Below, piece after piece: positions 1 through 9,295 of a stretch of DNA of 64,000 nt; the first letter of the stretch is position 1, and each line of letters begins with the position of its first letter. Origin of the DNA: Nostoc sp. (GTDB lineage: Bacteria; Cyanobacteriota; Cyanobacteriia; Cyanobacteriales; Nostocaceae); NCBI GenBank assembly GCA_036918135.1, contig JBALDB010000002.1, forward strand, positions 160,001 through 224,000, in the 5' to 3' direction. A program made the translations under genes and the position numbers. The notes under the pieces are model-generated. The model saw nothing but the letters and a program-made list of their open reading frames with translations, was not told where the DNA came from and did no database searches.

Positions 1-372
1 TACTACAAATCTGATGTCGCTCAGAATCCTACTTGGGATAATACACCGATTCTCAACGCCATTGGGTCAGGCACAAAAGTTGGAAATATTTCCATGCTCA
101 ACGCTCAGCAACTCAATACTGCTGGACTAAATTTTGCTAACTTTTCTGCTAGTGGCGACTACACAATTGGTTTTTCGTTTGATAAGTCCTTAATCGGCGA
201 GGGTAATTATGTTACTAATATCTTTCTAGAGTGCGGCAATGATGGAATAGCTCTCAAGGGCGATCTTAAATCTGTACCAGAATCTCCTGGAACAATTGGT
301 TTACTCTTGACAGGTTTGAGTTTTATGGCTAGCCAACTTCCACAGTTTCGGAAGAAAAAGCAGCACGCTTAA
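1..372 (+). CDS. C-terminal part of a PEP-CTERM (exosortase-dependent) surface protein; 5' end is outside the window
   Basis: Frame is open from base 1 (YYKSDVAQNP...). It ends in VPESPG, a hydrophobic segment and a basic tail (RKKKQHA), the PEP-CTERM sorting signal pattern. Confidence 0.85.
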   Translation, partial: YYKSDVAQNPTWDNTPILNAIGSGTKVGNISMLNAQQLNTAGLNFANFSASGDYTIGFSFDKSLIGEGNYVTNIFLECGNDGIALKGDLKSVPESPGTIGLLLTGLSFMASQLPQFRKKKQHA

Positions 373-404
373 ATAAGTTTGTCTAAGTAAGTTTGTCACT
401 AGTA

Positions 405-434
405 GTAGCGTGGGCAATACAATGCTCACCCTAC
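405..434. repeat. REP-like GTAG...CTAC palindrome between convergent genes
   Basis: GTAGCGTGGGCA-atacaa-TGCTCACCCTAC imperfect inverted repeat. Confidence 0.65.
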
Positions 435-631
435 TGTATTTATTCATATAAAATTTAACGTAAGTACGCCTCTTTTTTTAGATATTTTAGGCTATTAGGC
501 ATTCTATCGAAACTATATTTGGCTCTGTTAGTTGCATTTCTCAAAATTGATTTATACAGTCAATTATTAAGGGTTTTACTGAAAATTGAAGCATTTATAA
601 GCAGAGTATAAAACTGGTTTTGCTAAAAACT

Positions 632-1231
632 TTATTTTTTAAAAACAGCACACATTTCTCTTCCATTTGCAATTTTAAACAAATCTTTGAGATTACCAGA
701 ATATCTATAGCAAAACTCTTCAAATGTTGTTGAGGTAAACCGTTTTGTAGCATGTCCCGTTCCAGGATTAGCTAAATATCTACTAATAAACTTGATAATT
801 AAATTTGAAGATGTTGAAAAATTCTTAATTGGCTCTACAATTATTATTTCTTTTTTAGTTGCTTTAAATAGCTTTTTATATATGAAGTCTACATTATTTG
901 GAAGAAAATGGTACATACTGGCTTGAATAATGGTATATTCTGCCTCTGGAATATAATCTCTCGATAATAAATCATGATATATTACATTAATCCCCAATTT
1001 TTTGGCACTTGATATGAAGCTTCTATTAATATCAAGTCCTGTATATTTAACATTTTTAGGCAACAAATAGTGTTTGTATAAGTAGCAGTCACCACAGCAA
1101 GCTTCAAGAACTGTTGAATTTTCTGGAATTAATGATGCGATCCTTTCGTATCGGTCGTAAAAACCTTTTCCATAAATGAGTCTCATAGTTAAATTATAAA
1201 AGGTTGGATTTAAATAAATTAGACTTTTCAT
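632..1231 (-). CDS. Class I SAM-dependent methyltransferase
   Basis: VLEACCGDC motif I variant and YTGLDIN motif II. ATG at 1231 preferred over the TTG at 1267. Confidence 0.75.
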   Translation of the reverse strand: MKSLIYLNPTFYNLTMRLIYGKGFYDRYERIASLIPENSTVLEACCGDCYLYKHYLLPKNVKYTGLDINRSFISSAKKLGINVIYHDLLSRDYIPEAEYTIIQASMYHFLPNNVDFIYKKLFKATKKEIIIVEPIKNFSTSSNLIIKFISRYLANPGTGHATKRFTSTTFEEFCYRYSGNLKDLFKIANGREMCAVFKK

Positions 1232-1279
1232 TGTTTGACCAGAATATTCACAAATTATTAGTATCAAAATAATTAATTT

Positions 1280-2407
1280 TCAATAACTTAGTATTTTATA
1301 CACTATGTCAATGATTGTAGATATTTGATTTAATCCAACCCATAGTGGTAGCCTAATTATGCGATCGCTCAATAAATTAGTGATAGTCATAGAGCCATGA
1401 GTGCGGCCATACTTTATGCCAGCTGGGGAACTATGCAAAGGAACATAATGGAAAACAGAATTTATACCAAAACTCCGCAATTTTTCAATCAAAGTATTAC
1501 GGTTTTCGAGATTTGGTAAAAGTAAATAATACATGTGAGCATTATGCTGACATTCTATAGGGATGATAGGACGACGCACTTTACCTTGAGTTTCTAAATC
1601 AGCAAAAGCTTGATGGTATTGCTGCCAGATATTCATTCTCTTCTGTGTAATAGCCTCTATTGCTTCCATTTGTGCCCACAGAAAAGCTGCACTAATTTCA
1701 CTAAGTAAGTATGATGAACCAATATCTACCCAAGTGTATTTGTCTACTAATCCTCGGAAAAACTGGTTGCGGTTAGTGCCCTTTTCCCAGACAATTTCAC
1801 TGCGTTCAATTAATTGTGGATGGTTAACTAACAATGCACCGCCTTCACCACAAATCAGATTCTTCGTTTCATGGAAGCTGACAGCTGCCAAATGTCCAAT
1901 ACTCCCTAAAGATCGCCCTTTATAAGTTGCATCTAGCCCTTGTGCTGCATCCTCAATAACTAATAACTGGTAATGTTGGGCAATTTTAATAATTTCATCC
2001 ATTTCACAGCCCACTCCAGCATAATGTACTGGTACTATTGCTTTTGTTTTTGAAGTGATTGCCGCCTCAATTTTAGATTCATCAATATTCAGTGTATCTG
2101 GACGAATATCTACAAATGCTGGGACACCACCACGTAAAACGAAGGCATTAGCAGTAGATACAAAAGTATAGGACGGCATAATTACCTCATCTCCAGGCTG
2201 GATGTCTGCAAGGATAGCTGCCATCTCTAATGCTGCTGTGCAAGAATGAGTTAATAGTGCTTTACAACAACCAATCTTAGATTCTAACCAAGCATGGCTT
2301 TTTTTGGTAAAATCACCGTTTCCACAAAGATGACCCTTGGTAATTGCTTGCTGAATATAGTTTATTTCTTGAGATGTAGCGAATGGTTTATTAAAAGGTA
2401 TGTTCAT
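1280..2407 (-). CDS. rffA: dTDP-4-amino-4,6-dideoxygalactose transaminase (DegT/WecE family)
   Basis: SCTAALEMAA, PSYTFVSTANAF, EDAAQ, SFHETKN (PLP lysine), EKGTNR and VDKYTWVDIGSSY motifs. Confidence 0.93.
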   Translation of the reverse strand: MNIPFNKPFATSQEINYIQQAITKGHLCGNGDFTKKSHAWLESKIGCCKALLTHSCTAALEMAAILADIQPGDEVIMPSYTFVSTANAFVLRGGVPAFVDIRPDTLNIDESKIEAAITSKTKAIVPVHYAGVGCEMDEIIKIAQHYQLLVIEDAAQGLDATYKGRSLGSIGHLAAVSFHETKNLICGEGGALLVNHPQLIERSEIVWEKGTNRNQFFRGLVDKYTWVDIGSSYLLSEISAAFLWAQMEAIEAITQKRMNIWQQYHQAFADLETQGKVRRPIIPIECQHNAHMYYLLLPNLENRNTLIEKLRSFGINSVFHYVPLHSSPAGIKYGRTHGSMTITNLLSDRIIRLPLWVGLNQISTIIDIVYKILSY

Positions 2408-2429
2408 TGGGTAAATTTCAAGAATTATC

Positions 2430-3299
2430 TTATAACTTTTTAGCTACTAAGAGTAAAGAGCCTCCAAATGGAAGAGATATACCATGTCGGATCATTATGC
2501 ATTCTAAATTTAAAATATTTTCCAGTAATAAATTTAGAAAACCACTAATGCTGAGTTCAGACATAACATCGTAGTTTGGATTAGGTCGTCGCTGCCGCAA
2601 GCGAGATAGTAACATCAACGGTAGTAGTAGTGATACAAAAGATGTCATTCTAACTACTGTAAATCCTGCTCTATTTACCTTAGTTTCTAACTCTTGAGCA
2701 CGATAACGACGTTTATGGCGAGCATTATCATCAGCTTGACTCCAAAGCCAAGGATGCTGCGGAACCGTCAATACAATACCCCCACCTTTTTGTGTAGCTG
2801 TATACATTTCAGCCAAGACAGTCTTATCTTCTTGAATATGTTCTAGTACATCAAAAGCACCAATTACATGAAATTCATCCTGAAAAGGAATTTTGCGAGC
2901 ATCCATTTGAAATAACTGACTTCTGCATAATCGTTGGTTTGCAAAGCCTAAACCTGTGGTGAGAACTTCACTACCATACAAAGTAAGTTGAGGAAATGCT
3001 TTCTCTATTCCTGAGAGAACAAATCCCGTTCCACAACCGATTTCTAAGAATGTCGTGGCTTGAGGAAAGTAGCGTTGTAATGCCCAAATTATCAAACGGT
3101 TACGAGAACAGTACCAAAAGTTTTTTGCTTCAAGAGTAGCAAGTTGGGCAAAAAATTTAGGATCGAAACTGTCAATCGTTTCTGCTAGTTCAGGTGCAAA
3201 TGAGAGATATTCGTCAATTAACTTTGGCTGATGAGAACAAGAGGGGCATGTCCAACTCATGCTATCAAACCTCCGTCCACAGAAACAACAAATTTTCAT
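2430..3299 (-). CDS. Class I SAM-dependent methyltransferase with N-terminal Cys cluster
   Basis: LEIGCGTG, FDVLEHI, LTVP..PWLWS..D....H.RRY motifs; CxxC...CxxC at the N-terminus. Confidence 0.85.
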   Translation of the reverse strand: MKICCFCGRRFDSMSWTCPSCSHQPKLIDEYLSFAPELAETIDSFDPKFFAQLATLEAKNFWYCSRNRLIIWALQRYFPQATTFLEIGCGTGFVLSGIEKAFPQLTLYGSEVLTTGLGFANQRLCRSQLFQMDARKIPFQDEFHVIGAFDVLEHIQEDKTVLAEMYTATQKGGGIVLTVPQHPWLWSQADDNARHKRRYRAQELETKVNRAGFTVVRMTSFVSLLLPLMLLSRLRQRRPNPNYDVMSELSISGFLNLLLENILNLECIMIRHGISLPFGGSLLLVAKKL

Positions 3300-3332
3300 C
3301 TTAAACTTCTGATGTATATAATTTTTTTCTTG

Positions 3333-4334
3333 TTAACCTTTACCTTTTAAACCTTTGATATCAGCTAATAACAAATTATTTTTATCTGCAATATATTTCT
3401 CCTCGTTGTTTTTCTGATTTGAATATTGTCTAATTATATATAGTGGTCTTTTTTTTGTTTCATCAAAAGTCTTACCCAAATAAAGACCGATGATTCCTAA
3501 AATTGCAATAATAATTCCCCCAAGAAAATACAAAGAAACTATTAGACTACTCCAACCTGTAACTGTTGAGCCGTAAAGTAAGGCATCAATAAAAATATAA
3601 GTACCGTAGATAAAAGCGAGGAAAGATATTAAGAAACCCAGCTTTATTGAGAGTCTGAGAGGTTTATCAGAATAAGCAATTAAAGTTTCGCTTCCCAGTT
3701 TCCACAGCTTACTCAAGGTGTATGTACTTTTTCCTGCAAAACGACTATCATGCTGAATGTCAATACTAGCAGTGGGAAAACCCATCCAGTGTACTAAAAC
3801 ACTAAAAAATCTTAGTTGTTCCCGCATGAGACGAAAATTGTCTACAATTTTCCTAGAAATAATCCGAAAGATTCCAACTTGCCCATCGTAATTAATATCT
3901 GCTAGATAGCTGAAAACTTTATAGAATAGCCAGGAAGTAAGGCGCTTCAAAAGATGGTGTTTTCGCTTACCTCTCCTAGCCAATACTATATCGTAGCCTT
4001 CTTGTGCTTTAGCGTATAAACGAGGAATTTCTTCAGGACGATCTTGCAAGTCACAGTCCATAACTACAACCCACTCTGCATTACAGTGATCTAACCCAGC
4101 TGTAATACCATATTGCTGACCAAAGTTGCGGCTAAATTGAATCCCTTTAATTCGCGGATCTTTTTTAGCTAATTCTACTATGATTTCCCAGGAGCGATCG
4201 CCTCCACAATCCTCAACTAAAATTATTTCAAAATCTTCAGAAATAATTTCAAGAGAGGTTTTTAACCGTTGATAAAGCTCATGTAGACAATCTTCAGCTT
4301 TGTAGACAGGAATGACAACAGAAATATAAGCCAT
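3333..4334 (-). CDS. GT2 polyprenol-phosphate glycosyltransferase (GtrB/ArnC-like)
   Basis: SVVIPVY, FSRNFGQ, MDCDLQDRPE, RFAGKS motifs; two C-terminal TM helices; KKRPLYII. Confidence 0.9.
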   Translation of the reverse strand: MAYISVVIPVYKAEDCLHELYQRLKTSLEIISEDFEIILVEDCGGDRSWEIIVELAKKDPRIKGIQFSRNFGQQYGITAGLDHCNAEWVVVMDCDLQDRPEEIPRLYAKAQEGYDIVLARRGKRKHHLLKRLTSWLFYKVFSYLADINYDGQVGIFRIISRKIVDNFRLMREQLRFFSVLVHWMGFPTASIDIQHDSRFAGKSTYTLSKLWKLGSETLIAYSDKPLRLSIKLGFLISFLAFIYGTYIFIDALLYGSTVTGWSSLIVSLYFLGGIIIAILGIIGLYLGKTFDETKKRPLYIIRQYSNQKNNEEKYIADKNNLLLADIKGLKGKG

Positions 4335-4385
4335 GTTAAGTCCTTGGTAATTTTTGTAAATACTATTTTTAAGAATTTAAGTTTT

Positions 4386-4760
4386 TTATTTATATTTGGT
4401 AAAAACAAATATTTTATTTAATGTATAGGAGATTAAAGCCAGAGGAAATAAAATTAATGCTCCTGCTACAAAAAGATTAATTTTGTAAGCTAATAATTGT
4501 TTTAAAAACAATATTTGCAGGAAATATATAATAATATAAACTCCTATAAATTTAAAAATTAAGAAATTATTATTGTTTTTAAAAACAATGATTCCAATAG
4601 TTTTAAAGTTAAATAATACTCCACACATAGTTGATATTAAAGCTGCAACTTCATAACGAAAACTTAGTAAAATCAGCAAACTAAATAAGGAATAACCGAA
4701 AAGTGTATTAATCACACCTACTATCAGAAATCTTATAAATCTTTTTGAAGGATAATGCAT
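4386..4760 (-). CDS. GtrA-family lipid-linked sugar translocase
   Basis: 124 aa, four hydrophobic helices, RFLIVGVINT start and NKIFVF end typical of GtrA. Confidence 0.88.
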   Translation of the reverse strand: MHYPSKRFIRFLIVGVINTLFGYSLFSLLILLSFRYEVAALISTMCGVLFNFKTIGIIVFKNNNNFLIFKFIGVYIIIYFLQILFLKQLLAYKINLFVAGALILFPLALISYTLNKIFVFTKYK

Positions 4761-4792
4761 CAGTTTAATTCAATAACGACTCATCTTTATAG

Positions 4793-6973
4793 TTAACGAT
4801 TAATTTTCCAGATAGTTACCTTTTCCGATGAAACTGGAATACTTTGATTAGAGCTTTTCCAAATAGCCTGTATACATGCTGGGTCATTTACAAGTAAGGG
4901 ATGAGTTGAATACTCAATAAGATGAGTCGCTGGAGTTGCTATCAGGAGTCGGCAAAATTGTTCTGATTGAGATGTTGCCCATAAGTCTTTAATAACTTGC
5001 TCTCGATTCTCTGAGGGAAAAATTTTTAATATTAGCTTGTTTAAAGGTTCATAATTCTTTTCTAGATAAGTTGCCCTCCCACTAATACTGGTTAATACAA
5101 AACTTTGGTGTTCTACATATTCACCCGTATACTTATGCGTTAAAGTTATAGAATTTTGTGGCGTATTATCATGAATGTAAGTAAGAGCCATTTGTTCATT
5201 AGCACTTAGTGTGGCTGCTAATGAGTACACCTCAGTCATTAAAAGACTAGGTTTAGCAAGCTGTTTTGCAGCCAGAGAGATTACGACAAAAGCGACTACT
5301 AAACTAATCTGCGTTGGTCTTGTTAAGGATATATGAGGTTGGAAAAACTGATAAACCTGATAGAGTCCAGGAATCATTAATAAAAATGGATACCATCTTG
5401 TTGGCAAAAGTAGTTCTGCCGCAAGTGAGAAATCATCATAACTAAATTTTAGACACGTTGCACCTAAAGTTGACACAACTGTCATCCATGTAATTAAACT
5501 TGTAAAAAGGAGAAATTCTTGACGTGCTGGTTGGCAAAACAGGTAAATGCTAGTGATAATCAGCAAAGGAATACCTATCATATTCAATGCAACAAAAATA
5601 TAGATAGATAGTATTTGCCAAACCCATTTAAATACTGTCGAATTAGGAATTAAACCGCTTATGAAGTCATGAATTTTTGTAGAAAATGGCCATTCATTAA
5701 TAAAGCTATATGGCCATTCTTCAGGATTACTTAAACTATTCAAGCCGAAGTTTAAACTCGCAGTCCCACTTAGATAAATAGGAGATTGCATCTCCAAATA
5801 AATTAATAAACTTAAAGCCACAGCAAGACCAGCAGCAACAAGATATACTCTTTGACTAGTGCGTTTCCAGCCGTAGGCTGTCAGTAACAGGAAACCTGGC
5901 AACATTGGCAAAAATACATGAACTCGAAAACGGCTTGTTGCTACTACCATGATTGCGGTAATAATCAGAATTACATCAACAGGTTGTTTTCTATAACAAC
6001 GAACAGAAATTAGCAAAACTCCCAAAAGAGTTCCGTAAGCGACTAACATCCCACTATACATTTGTGGAGAAATTAAAATAGTTGGCTCTATTCCACTAGA
6101 AACATGGGGAAACAAAGTAAAATAACCAAATTGAAACTCGGTTGCCATCAAAGGTGGATATGAGATAGCTGTAACATACATTGTTGCTGTTGCCAGATAT
6201 CCGGCGACCTTACTGCTGCTCAATATTTTGACGATGCTGTATATTACCAAACACATCCCAATTGCGATAATGGTGTTATGATAAATAATTTGTACTCGCA
6301 ACATATCCGTCTGACCTGTGAAGCGTGAGAGCAAGACGGTTGTTAGATGAGGAAACATGTGATAGGCGAATTCAGGTATTCCCGCTATATTAAATTGTTG
6401 TACAGGTGGTACGTGTCTAGCCAATTCATAGGTTAGACTTATAAAGTAATGATAATCAACATCTAGTAGCGATTTATAAGTATTAGTTGTCGGGTTATAC
6501 TCCCAGGTTCTTTGGTAGGGGAGATTGACTACTAAACTCACTGCAATTAATAAAGCGAGTACCCAATCAAACTGCCGCCAGCTAAGATAATTAATCTGAA
6601 TATTTAACCAAAAGTTTTTACGAATTAAATAAATTATCAAGCCAATAAAAATTGTAGTCAGTCCAATATAAAACAATAGCTCCAGATGAGATACAGCTAA
6701 AGCAAAGTAAATAAAAGTTGTCAGGGAATAACTGGCGATCGCACTCAATGTAAAACGAACTATAGGCTCTTGTACTTGTCGCTTTAGCAACAGATAAAAT
6801 AATGCACCCAGAGGCATCCAAAGTAAAGCTGTTCCTAAACAAAAACGAATAAATTCAACTACATTCCATTGACTTGCCACCAAGTAATAAACTAAAGCAA
6901 ACAAAGTAATAGTAGCTAAAAATAGAGTAATAAAACTTGATTTTCGAGTTATTATTTTTGAGATTTCAAGCAT
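4793..6973 (-). CDS. Large multi-TM membrane protein, probable GT-C-fold glycosyltransferase
   Basis: Roughly a dozen hydrophobic helices, an acidic DVDYHY motif in a loop, a soluble C-terminal domain, and position directly upstream of gtrA/gtrB. Confidence 0.6.
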   Translation of the reverse strand: MLEISKIITRKSSFITLFLATITLFALVYYLVASQWNVVEFIRFCLGTALLWMPLGALFYLLLKRQVQEPIVRFTLSAIASYSLTTFIYFALAVSHLELLFYIGLTTIFIGLIIYLIRKNFWLNIQINYLSWRQFDWVLALLIAVSLVVNLPYQRTWEYNPTTNTYKSLLDVDYHYFISLTYELARHVPPVQQFNIAGIPEFAYHMFPHLTTVLLSRFTGQTDMLRVQIIYHNTIIAIGMCLVIYSIVKILSSSKVAGYLATATMYVTAISYPPLMATEFQFGYFTLFPHVSSGIEPTILISPQMYSGMLVAYGTLLGVLLISVRCYRKQPVDVILIITAIMVVATSRFRVHVFLPMLPGFLLLTAYGWKRTSQRVYLVAAGLAVALSLLIYLEMQSPIYLSGTASLNFGLNSLSNPEEWPYSFINEWPFSTKIHDFISGLIPNSTVFKWVWQILSIYIFVALNMIGIPLLIITSIYLFCQPARQEFLLFTSLITWMTVVSTLGATCLKFSYDDFSLAAELLLPTRWYPFLLMIPGLYQVYQFFQPHISLTRPTQISLVVAFVVISLAAKQLAKPSLLMTEVYSLAATLSANEQMALTYIHDNTPQNSITLTHKYTGEYVEHQSFVLTSISGRATYLEKNYEPLNKLILKIFPSENREQVIKDLWATSQSEQFCRLLIATPATHLIEYSTHPLLVNDPACIQAIWKSSNQSIPVSSEKVTIWKINR

Positions 6974-7006
6974 GTTTTTATATATTTGGTAAAATATGCT
7001 TATTAA

Positions 7007-7369
7007 TTACTTGTTAAGCAAAATTGTATATCCAAGTGGATCATCTTTAGAACCTAAGCTTAAAGCTAAGGAAAGATGTCCGACAAAAATACATAAAATG
7101 AGAAATGGAAAAAGAATTAAGTTTTATATAATTTTTAAAAGCGATAATATACTTATTTTTGGGTATAATAAATGTCTAAAATAGACAACAATAATTTTAG
7201 AAGCGATCGCAGTAATGTCTGTTCCTCTAGGTATAATTTTAATTTTAGAACCTTCATTCCATTCACTATCTGATAGCAGGCAAAAGATTCTCCCTGATTC
7301 ACTCTTTAACTTCTTTGCTAGAGCTAATCCATTGGATAAAGACAACCCATGACCTAAACTTCCTGGTTT
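7007..7369 (-). pseudogene. Chimeric remnant: transketolase N-subunit fragment fused to a probable methyltransferase C-terminus
   Basis: PGSLGHGLS...RIFCLLSDSEWNEGS (TPP-binding region) switches in frame to PRGTDITAIASK...GHLSL...DDPLGYTILLNK*, with an internal TAA at 7124-7126. Confidence 0.75.
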
Positions 7370-7461
7370 AAATAATTAAAGGCTTGTAGTAAGTGTTGAA
7401 GCGCTTCAGCGCTAACTACGAGCAATTTTTCTTATTTAGTTTATTCTCACGTACGTACTTA
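7366..7461. mobile_element. Degenerate MITE-like element with an internal GTAG...CTAC palindrome
   Basis: GTAGTAAGTGTTGAAGCGCTTCAGCGCTAACTAC hairpin and a right end reading ...CACGTACGTACTTA; no matching left terminus. Confidence 0.45.
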
Positions 7462-8285
7462 ACTATAATGGCAATCTATATAATTTAGCAAGCGAATAAT
7501 AATAGAGAATTCTTATCAATAATTTGAGAACCTATGTTTTTAAGCCCTATAAATCATTTTTAACTTTTGATAGATGTTAAAGTAAGGATTTAAGTGGAAA
7601 GTTTTGAGAAAAAAGACAAAAAGTATAGAATATCACAATCATAAATTAAGATTATTATTCTCTACAGTTGTTAATTTAATGAGCCTTATCGTCTGTGGAG
7701 TCCATATATTAGTAAATGTAGCCCAGTATATCTTTACAGAGTTTAGTTTTTTTGCACTGACTTAGTTAATGCTCTTTAATCACTCCCTGAAGAGAATAAT
7801 CGAAAAATTGCAGAAAATATCATCTATCTAAAGATGCTTTACATAAAAATATTTTATTTTGACATACTAAAGAATAGAAAAAAATTATGAAATGCTTCTT
7901 GTTAAAGCAACTAATTCCTGATAGGGTAATTGAAATAAAATAGAAATTATTCGCAACAAACCAGACATTGAATAGTTGCTCAATTCCAAGCATTGAGTTT
8001 GTCTGAGAAACGAACCTTACTGCTTTATCCCGCAAGACTAGATTTTTGGTGTTGCTGAATTAAAATATTAATCACGCGTAGCTTGTCATAGACATAGTTG
8101 CAATTAGACGGGGGCTACACGTCTTGAGTGATACTGAACCATATTTAAATGTACCTTTATTTGGTGGGATAGCAATCGAGTTAAACTTTCACAGCAGGAT
8201 ATGACATTGTGTCAAAATCTTTTCAAGACTTTGCTAGTAAGTGTGGCAAGTATTTGGTAAATACAAATTAAACTTCAATGAGGTA

Positions 8286-9152
8286 TTACCTTTGCACCAA
8301 ACCCACCTGTCCTCCAATTAATCCTAGAAATCCTGTTCCAAAATGCTGAATTTCCAGAAAACTTGCTTGCTCTGGTGAGGTTTTGTAAATTCGGAATGTC
8401 TTCATAATTCCCAAAGTAGCAGCACTTTCTAGAGGGCCAACAAAGCTTGTATCTCGGTCAATAAAATAAGGTTTATTAGCCCATTGAACCATCTGATTTG
8501 CATTTAAAAAATAACAGCCTGCATGAGGATTGAGGGCACGATGAAAGATAATTGGTGTATTCATAATTGTACCCTTGAGTTCTTGTTGCTCTTGTACATT
8601 TTGAAAGGGAGCAGTTACTCGCAAAGCCAAATCTCCATCAATGTAAGCTTTATGAACTAAACCGTGAGGGGAAATTTCATAACGATTTGGCTGGAGCAAG
8701 TTCGAGTCACCCGCTTGTTGGGTAAACCAGTTTAATTTGATAAAAAACCAAGGGTCATGGATAATTAAATCATCTTCTAGAAAGCAGTAGTAATCATATT
8801 GACCAAGACAACTTTGCAGAACAACTTGGCATTCAAATCCTAAAAGCATAGGTTCTACATTAGTAGAATGATGCCTATATAAATGGGATAGTACAGAAAG
8901 CTGATTTAAAAGATGATTATTTTGGGTTGTACAAATAACAATATCTAATTCGTGAGATTGGGGTTGATTAGCAGGAAAAGCTAAGCGCTGAGCAATGTTA
9001 ATAATACTTTGAGATTTACCAAATAATTGGTGCAAAGTAGTAAGGCTTTTACTTAAGGCTTGCAAACGGGGTTGGGGGTCTTTGCGTTGGGAAGCATGAC
9101 GACCTTCATTGCTAAATTTAAAAAAATGAGCAATGGTAAGAAGAATTCGCAT
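8286..9152 (-). CDS. Conserved hypothetical protein, putative GT-A-like glycosyltransferase
   Basis: 288-aa ORF co-oriented with the GT4 gene; YDYYCFLEDDLII resembles a GT-A DXD-type motif. Confidence 0.55.
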   Translation of the reverse strand: MRILLTIAHFFKFSNEGRHASQRKDPQPRLQALSKSLTTLHQLFGKSQSIINIAQRLAFPANQPQSHELDIVICTTQNNHLLNQLSVLSHLYRHHSTNVEPMLLGFECQVVLQSCLGQYDYYCFLEDDLIIHDPWFFIKLNWFTQQAGDSNLLQPNRYEISPHGLVHKAYIDGDLALRVTAPFQNVQEQQELKGTIMNTPIIFHRALNPHAGCYFLNANQMVQWANKPYFIDRDTSFVGPLESAATLGIMKTFRIYKTSPEQASFLEIQHFGTGFLGLIGGQVGLVQR

Positions 9153-9295
9153 TTTAAATATTAGTTTTTTAGTTATTTGTCAGTGGTTACTTGTGCTAAG
9201 CGTACCCCTGCTCTTAAGGAAGCTACGCGTAGCGTCTCGTAGAGAAGCATTGGTCATTTGTTAATATCTAATACTCCATACCGCAATTTTAATAC

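Noticed and set aside
6996..8035. Short ORFs 6996-7184 (+) and 7820-8035 (-)
   Set aside because: AT-rich with no recognisable motifs; the first is antisense to the pseudogene remnant.
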